Source: an uncultured Chitinophaga sp.
GTDB taxonomy: Bacteria > Bacteroidota > Bacteroidia > Chitinophagales > Chitinophagaceae
DNA: 64,000 nt
Reading direction: 5' to 3'
Assembly: GCA_964473035.1 (NCBI GenBank)
Contig: CAYYMK010000009.1
Span: forward strand, 1,450 to 65,449
The notes below the pieces were generated by a model. That model saw only the letters and a program-made list of their open reading frames with translations. It was not told the origin of the DNA and searched no databases. This document shows positions 59,708-64,000 of this stretch, one piece after another. The position numbers were made by a program, and so were the translations under genes. How positions within the stretch are numbered: the stretch's first letter is position 1; the number at the start of each line of letters is the position of its first letter.

Positions 59708-59748
59708 AAACACAGATGACGGCGATTTATTAGAGTAACACAGATTTT

Positions 59749-60664
59749 ATGATACCAGATTTTCAAACATTGATGCTACCTACATTAAAATTTGTCGGAG
59801 ACAATAAGGAGCATTCTATACATGAAACAATAGATTTCTTAGCCAGAGAATTCAAACTTACAGAAGAAGAACTTAATGAGTGGCTTCCAAGTAAAACTCA
59901 AAAAAATTTTTTATAACCGAGTTTATTGGGCCAAAGCTTATTTAAAAATGTCTGGGTTAGTAGAAAATGTAAGAAGGTCCTATTTCAAGATAACGAGGAG
60001 GGGCATTGAAGTTCTTGATGAAAAACCTGAAACAATTAATATAAAGCATTTAAGAAAATTTCCTGAATTCATTTCATCTATTGAAAGCGGAAGAAAAAAT
60101 GGGTCAAAGGAAGATGAAGTTGAAACCCATACAAACATTTCCTCTGAAACACCACAAGAAATCTTAGAGAAAGCATATCAAAAAATAAATGAATCTCTCT
60201 CAAACGAGGTTCTATCTAGAATAAAAAAAGTTCATCCTGCAGATTTTGAAAAACTTGTTGTTGAATTATTAGTCGAAATGGGATATGGAGGCTCTGTGGA
60301 TGAAGCAGGAAAAACTACCAGGTACAGAGGCGATGAAGGTATTGACGGAATAATTAAAGAGGATAAACTTGGTCTGGATGTAATTTATATTCAGGCAAAG
60401 AGATGGGAAAACGTTATCGGCCGGCCAGAAGTTCAAAAATTTGTTGGTGCCCTTGCGGGGCAAAGAGCAAAAAAGGGAGTTTTTATTACTACTTCACACT
60501 TTACAAAAGAAGCCATTGACTACGCAGCACAAATGGATACAAAAATTGTACTGATTGATGGTGAAAAACTGTCACAATTGATGATTGATCACAACCTTGG
60601 CGTATCTGTTCAAAACACTTACGAAATCAAAAAGATAGATTCTGACTATTTCGAAGAAGAATAA
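59749..60664 (+). pseudogene. mrr: Mrr-family (type IV) restriction endonuclease interrupted by a frameshift in an A7T6 tract
   Basis: Frame 1 from ATG 59749 gives the Mrr N-terminal winged helix MIPDFQTLMLPTLKFVGDNKEHSIHETIDFLAREFKLTEEELNEWLPSKTQK and stops at TAA 59914-59916. The +1 frame continues (I)FYNRVYWAKAYLKMSGLVENV... into the catalytic core GDEGIDGIIKEDKLGLDVIYIQAKRW. The region is low in GC. Confidence 0.8.
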
Positions 60665-60722
60665 TAATCCGTGTTTATCCGTTTAATCAGTGTTATCTGT
60701 GTTCCTGTATTTTTTTCTAAGA

Positions 60723-62789
60723 TTAAGAACGCAGCAATTGCTTCAATACAACAGCTACTTTCTCCGCATCCGGTAACATAGCTTTTTCCAATCCCATATT
60801 CATGGGTACTGCCGGCAAATTCAAAGCACCCATCACTTCCACCGGTGCATCCAGCCATTGAAAACAATTTTTGGATATACGTCCTGCTAAAGCCTCCGCA
60901 AAAGAATTATGCTGTTGTTCTTCTGTAAGCACCAGGCATTTGCCATGAGTTTTTACTCTTTCATAAATCAACTCCTCATCCAGCGGAAATAAGGTACGCA
61001 GGTCCACAACTTCCACCTGCCCGTTGAATTGTTTAGCCGCCGCTTTAGCCCAGTGTACACCCATGCCATACGTAATGATCACACAGCTTTCTCCATTGGC
61101 AATTTTATCAGTAGCAGCATTTGTTACAATATTTGCTTTACCAAAAGGCAGTATATAATCGGCAGACGGTTCAATTGTTTTTGCATCTTCTGTACCCGGC
61201 ACTTTACTCCAGTAAAGTCCCTTGTGTTCCAGCATGACAACCGGATTTGGGTCGTAAAAAGCAGCCTTCATCAACCCCTTCATATCCGCAGCATTGGATG
61301 GATAGGCTATTTTAATGCCTTTTATAGAAAGCAGCGTAGTTTCCACACTGGCGCTATGGTAAGGTCCTCCTCCGCCATAGGCGCCCACCGGAACCCGTAA
61401 GATCATGGGTACCGGAAACCTGCCGCAACTCAGATAGCAGCTTTTTGAAACCTCTGTTGCCAGTTGGTTGAGCCCCGGCCAGATATAATCGCCAAACTGA
61501 ATTTCTGCAATAGGCTTCAGGCCTGCCGCACACATGCCCACCGCCGATCCTACGATATATGCCTCCTGGATTGCCGTGTTAAACACACGATGCTCACCAA
61601 AAACTGTTCCCAGGGTTGCTGCCTCCCGGAATACTCCACCAAGTCTCTTACCCACATCCTGGCCAAACAGGATTGCTTCCGGATGTTTTTCCATGATTTC
61701 CCCTATGGCATGTAATGCAGCATCCACCATCACTATTTTCTCAGATTGTGCAGGCACCCTGTTTCCTTTTTCTATAGTAACAGTTGTGGGTGCAAAGACA
61801 AAATCACTCACCGTGTCCGGGTCTGGTTCTGGTGCTGCTTTCACTTTTTCAAAATCTGAGGCTATTTGTGTTGCTGCCTGTTGCGCTATGTGCAACAATT
61901 CATCTTCAGGCACTCCTGCTTCCATCAATTTTCTTCGGAGTTTCAGAAGCGGATCGTGGGCTTCGTGCAGTGCCAGGTCTTCAGCATCGCGGTAAAATTC
62001 CCTGCGAACCCCGCTTGTATGATGCCCCAGCAAGGGTACCTGAGCATGCACCAGTGCAGGCCGGCGCTCTTGTCGTACAGACTGCAAGACATTTTTTAGT
62101 ACAAAAAATGATGCCTCAAAATCGCTGCCATCTACCTGTACCCTGCTGAGTCCCTTGAACCCTGCAGCATATTCAAATGCATTCATTGCCCTCGACTCGG
62201 CAGCGGTAACGCTGATGCCCCAATTGTTGTCCTGCACCAGGTAGATCACCGGCAGTTGTTTTAGTACTGCCACCTGCAAAGCTTCACTCACCTCACCCTC
62301 TGTCATGCTGGCATCACCCAGGGAGCATAATACTACCGGCAAGGTTCCTGTATCATTTTTTTTCAGGAGATGTGGCAGGTAATTTTCTATATACTGCAAC
62401 CCCTGGGCAATACCGGTGCTTGGAATTGCCTGCATACCGGTGGCGCTGCTCTGATGGATGATGGTGGGTTTATCATGCCCACGATAACCTGGGTGTGCAT
62501 AATATTCCCGTCCTCCTGAGAACATATCATCTTTCTTCGCAAGCAATTGAAGCATCAGTTCATAAGGGGTAAATCCCAATCCCATCAGCATGCTTTCATC
62601 ACGGTAGTAAGGGCTGACAAAATCTTGTGGCTGTATTTGAAAAGCAGCTGACAGCTGTATGGCTTCGTGCCCGCGGGAAGTAGAGTGTACATAATGACAA
62701 ATGCCCCGGTTTGCTTCATAAATGCTGGCCATGGCATCTGTGCAACACATCAGCCGGTATGCTTTCAGTAAAATGGATACATCCATCAT
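60723..62789 (-). CDS. 2-oxo-acid dehydrogenase E1 component, fused alpha/beta subunits (TPP-dependent)
   Basis: TPP motif GDASMTEGEVSEALQVAVLKQLPVIYLVQDNNWGIS in the N-terminal half. The C-terminal half is transketolase-like beta (FNTAIQEAYIVGSAVG). ATG 62789/62786 is preferred over the track start at 62873. Confidence 0.88.
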   Translation of the reverse strand: MMDVSILLKAYRLMCCTDAMASIYEANRGICHYVHSTSRGHEAIQLSAAFQIQPQDFVSPYYRDESMLMGLGFTPYELMLQLLAKKDDMFSGGREYYAHPGYRGHDKPTIIHQSSATGMQAIPSTGIAQGLQYIENYLPHLLKKNDTGTLPVVLCSLGDASMTEGEVSEALQVAVLKQLPVIYLVQDNNWGISVTAAESRAMNAFEYAAGFKGLSRVQVDGSDFEASFFVLKNVLQSVRQERRPALVHAQVPLLGHHTSGVRREFYRDAEDLALHEAHDPLLKLRRKLMEAGVPEDELLHIAQQAATQIASDFEKVKAAPEPDPDTVSDFVFAPTTVTIEKGNRVPAQSEKIVMVDAALHAIGEIMEKHPEAILFGQDVGKRLGGVFREAATLGTVFGEHRVFNTAIQEAYIVGSAVGMCAAGLKPIAEIQFGDYIWPGLNQLATEVSKSCYLSCGRFPVPMILRVPVGAYGGGGPYHSASVETTLLSIKGIKIAYPSNAADMKGLMKAAFYDPNPVVMLEHKGLYWSKVPGTEDAKTIEPSADYILPFGKANIVTNAATDKIANGESCVIITYGMGVHWAKAAAKQFNGQVEVVDLRTLFPLDEELIYERVKTHGKCLVLTEEQQHNSFAEALAGRISKNCFQWLDAPVEVMGALNLPAVPMNMGLEKAMLPDAEKVAVVLKQLLRS

Positions 62790-62900
62790 GAGTGGAGAAA
62801 ATAAGGGAATCGGCAAAATTAGGTGAAATACAACAGCGGCAACCAGACACTTTAATGGCGCTGAAAAATTCAAGCTGAATCAGTATCAGTATGATCCCGT

Positions 62901-63512
62901 TTAGCGAACCTCCAGGGTAAACATACTCTCATCTTCGATAAATGCTTCCAGTTCATCTCCAACAACCACCTCTCCCACCCCTGCAGGAGTACCGGTAAAA
63001 ATCAAATCGCCGATGTTGACAGAAAAATAATTAGAAATATGAGCCAGAATCGTATCGAAATTGTATATCATAAGAGAAGAATTGCCCTGCTGCACCAGCT
63101 CTTTGTTTTTATACAGGCAAAAATTAATGTCTTTTTTGTTTTTTATTTCTGCAAATGGAATCCATTTGCCAATAACGGCGGAGTTGTCCCATGCTTTTGC
63201 TTTTTCCCAGGGTAGTCCTTTTTCCTTCAGGGCGTTTTGCAAATCCCTTGCAGTAAAATCAATGCCTGTGGTTACTGCATCATAATATTTGGATGCAAAT
63301 TTTTCCTGAATATATTTCCCATTCTTGCTGATCCGCAGCACCAGTTCGCATTCATAATGAAGTTCATTCGTAAACTCCGGATAATAGAATGGCGTATGCG
63401 GCTGCAGCAACGCACTCTTGGGTTTCATGAAAATGACAGGTTCTTCAGGCACATCGTTGCCCAGTTCCTTAGCATGCGCAACATAGTTACGCCCAATACA
63501 AAAAATCTTCAT
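62901..63512 (-). CDS. fumarylacetoacetate hydrolase (FAH) family protein
   Basis: MKIFCIGRNYVAHAKELGNDVPEEPVIFMKP, ELHYECELV and GDLIFTGTPAGVG. Confidence 0.88.
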   Translation of the reverse strand: MKIFCIGRNYVAHAKELGNDVPEEPVIFMKPKSALLQPHTPFYYPEFTNELHYECELVLRISKNGKYIQEKFASKYYDAVTTGIDFTARDLQNALKEKGLPWEKAKAWDNSAVIGKWIPFAEIKNKKDINFCLYKNKELVQQGNSSLMIYNFDTILAHISNYFSVNIGDLIFTGTPAGVGEVVVGDELEAFIEDESMFTLEVR

Positions 63513-63673
63513 AAAAAGGTGGTATTAATTAAAATACACAGGATTTCACACGGTGGCTTTTCCATCCTGCATATCTCATGGTCATCATAAAGCTTATTGG
63601 ATATACCCTGCCGGGTTAGCTGAAGCAGGGATTGAAGCGTCAGGGTACTAAAGTAAGTAATCCATTTGATTAA

Positions 63674-64000
63674 TCATAGCATAAATTCCTGATTATTTAC
63701 CAGGTTCATTGCGGCACTAATACCCTGTGTTGCAAAATTTTCGATGACCTCAACTGATTTTTGCAGTTTGTGCTGCACCAGCGGTTCTTCCTCTTTGTTC
63801 CATTTTCCCAGTACAAAATCTGACTGCATGCCTTTTGGATATTGGTCGCCTATGCCAAACCGCAGGCGGGAGTATTGCCGGGTGCCCAGATGCTCTTCGA
63901 TGCTCCTGAGGCCATTATGCCCTGCATGGCTTCCGGAGGGACGAATGCGCAGCTTTGACAAAGGCAGGGCCAGATCGTCCACAATAACCAATAAGTGAGA
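63674..64000 (-). CDS. pth: peptidyl-tRNA hydrolase, N-terminus beyond the right window edge
   Basis: ...VIVDDLALPLSKLRIRPSGSHAGHNGLRSI... The frame stays open to base 64000. Confidence 0.9.
   Translation of the reverse strand, partial: SHLLVIVDDLALPLSKLRIRPSGSHAGHNGLRSIEEHLGTRQYSRLRFGIGDQYPKGMQSDFVLGKWNKEEEPLVQHKLQKSVEVIENFATQGISAAMNLVNNQEFML

Noticed and set aside
1-64000. Window-wide look for CRISPR arrays, IS elements or transposases, integrases, reverse transcriptases (retron/DGR), and classic toxin-antitoxin or defence operons.
   Set aside because: None found by eye. The only defence-type gene is the frameshifted mrr. Tandem repeats are limited to (TATG)5, and the poly-Thr linker is the only other low-complexity run.

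Overview
This 64-kb chromosomal window reads as a Bacteroidota genome, probably Chitinophagia/Sphingobacteriia-like. That placement is an inference and cannot be proven here. It rests on TAnnTTTG -7 promoter boxes ahead of secA, aspS, deoC, sucD and the tRNA, on the absence of Shine-Dalgarno sequences, on many signal-peptide/lipoprotein ORFs, and on a fused E1 alpha/beta gene and DUF4476/DUF4442-type genes. I support about 50 protein genes and one tRNA(CAU). I saw no rRNA, CRISPR array, transposase or integrase.

Most of the window is housekeeping:
- Information processing and division: ssb, scpB, secA, aspS, pth.
- Central metabolism and energy: lysA, atpG, sucD, maeB, an E1 alpha/beta dehydrogenase, and deoC with two ALDH genes.
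- Envelope and secreted functions: mlaEF, a TonB-dependent receptor, an M14 peptidase, two secreted amidohydrolases, and a 2043-aa thioester alpha-2-macroglobulin.
- One gene, a secreted FAD oxidoreductase at 1..1707 on the minus strand, is missing from the supplied ORF track because it runs off the window edge.

The non-core patches are:
1. **28.2-31.7 kb.** A tight four-gene corrinoid methyltransferase operon carrying every MetH module except the folate barrel, which is replaced by an MtaA/URO-D-type barrel. This is my best candidate for an undescribed system.
2. **16.1-22.2 kb.** A segmental duplication. A ~350-bp non-coding module packed with GGGAAA(N)TTCCC palindromes occurs twice, once before a 5'-truncated outer-membrane-protein paralogue and once before an AT-rich toxin/immunity-like gene pair plus the intact OMP gene. 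The two copies bracket scpB, atpG and an orphan LuxR response regulator.
3. **59.7-60.7 kb.** A low-GC mrr restriction gene, broken by a frameshift in an A7T6 tract, sits between inverted repeats in a convergent terminator region.

All family calls come from motif recognition in the supplied or hand-made translations. No database search, RNA folding or composition computation was possible.
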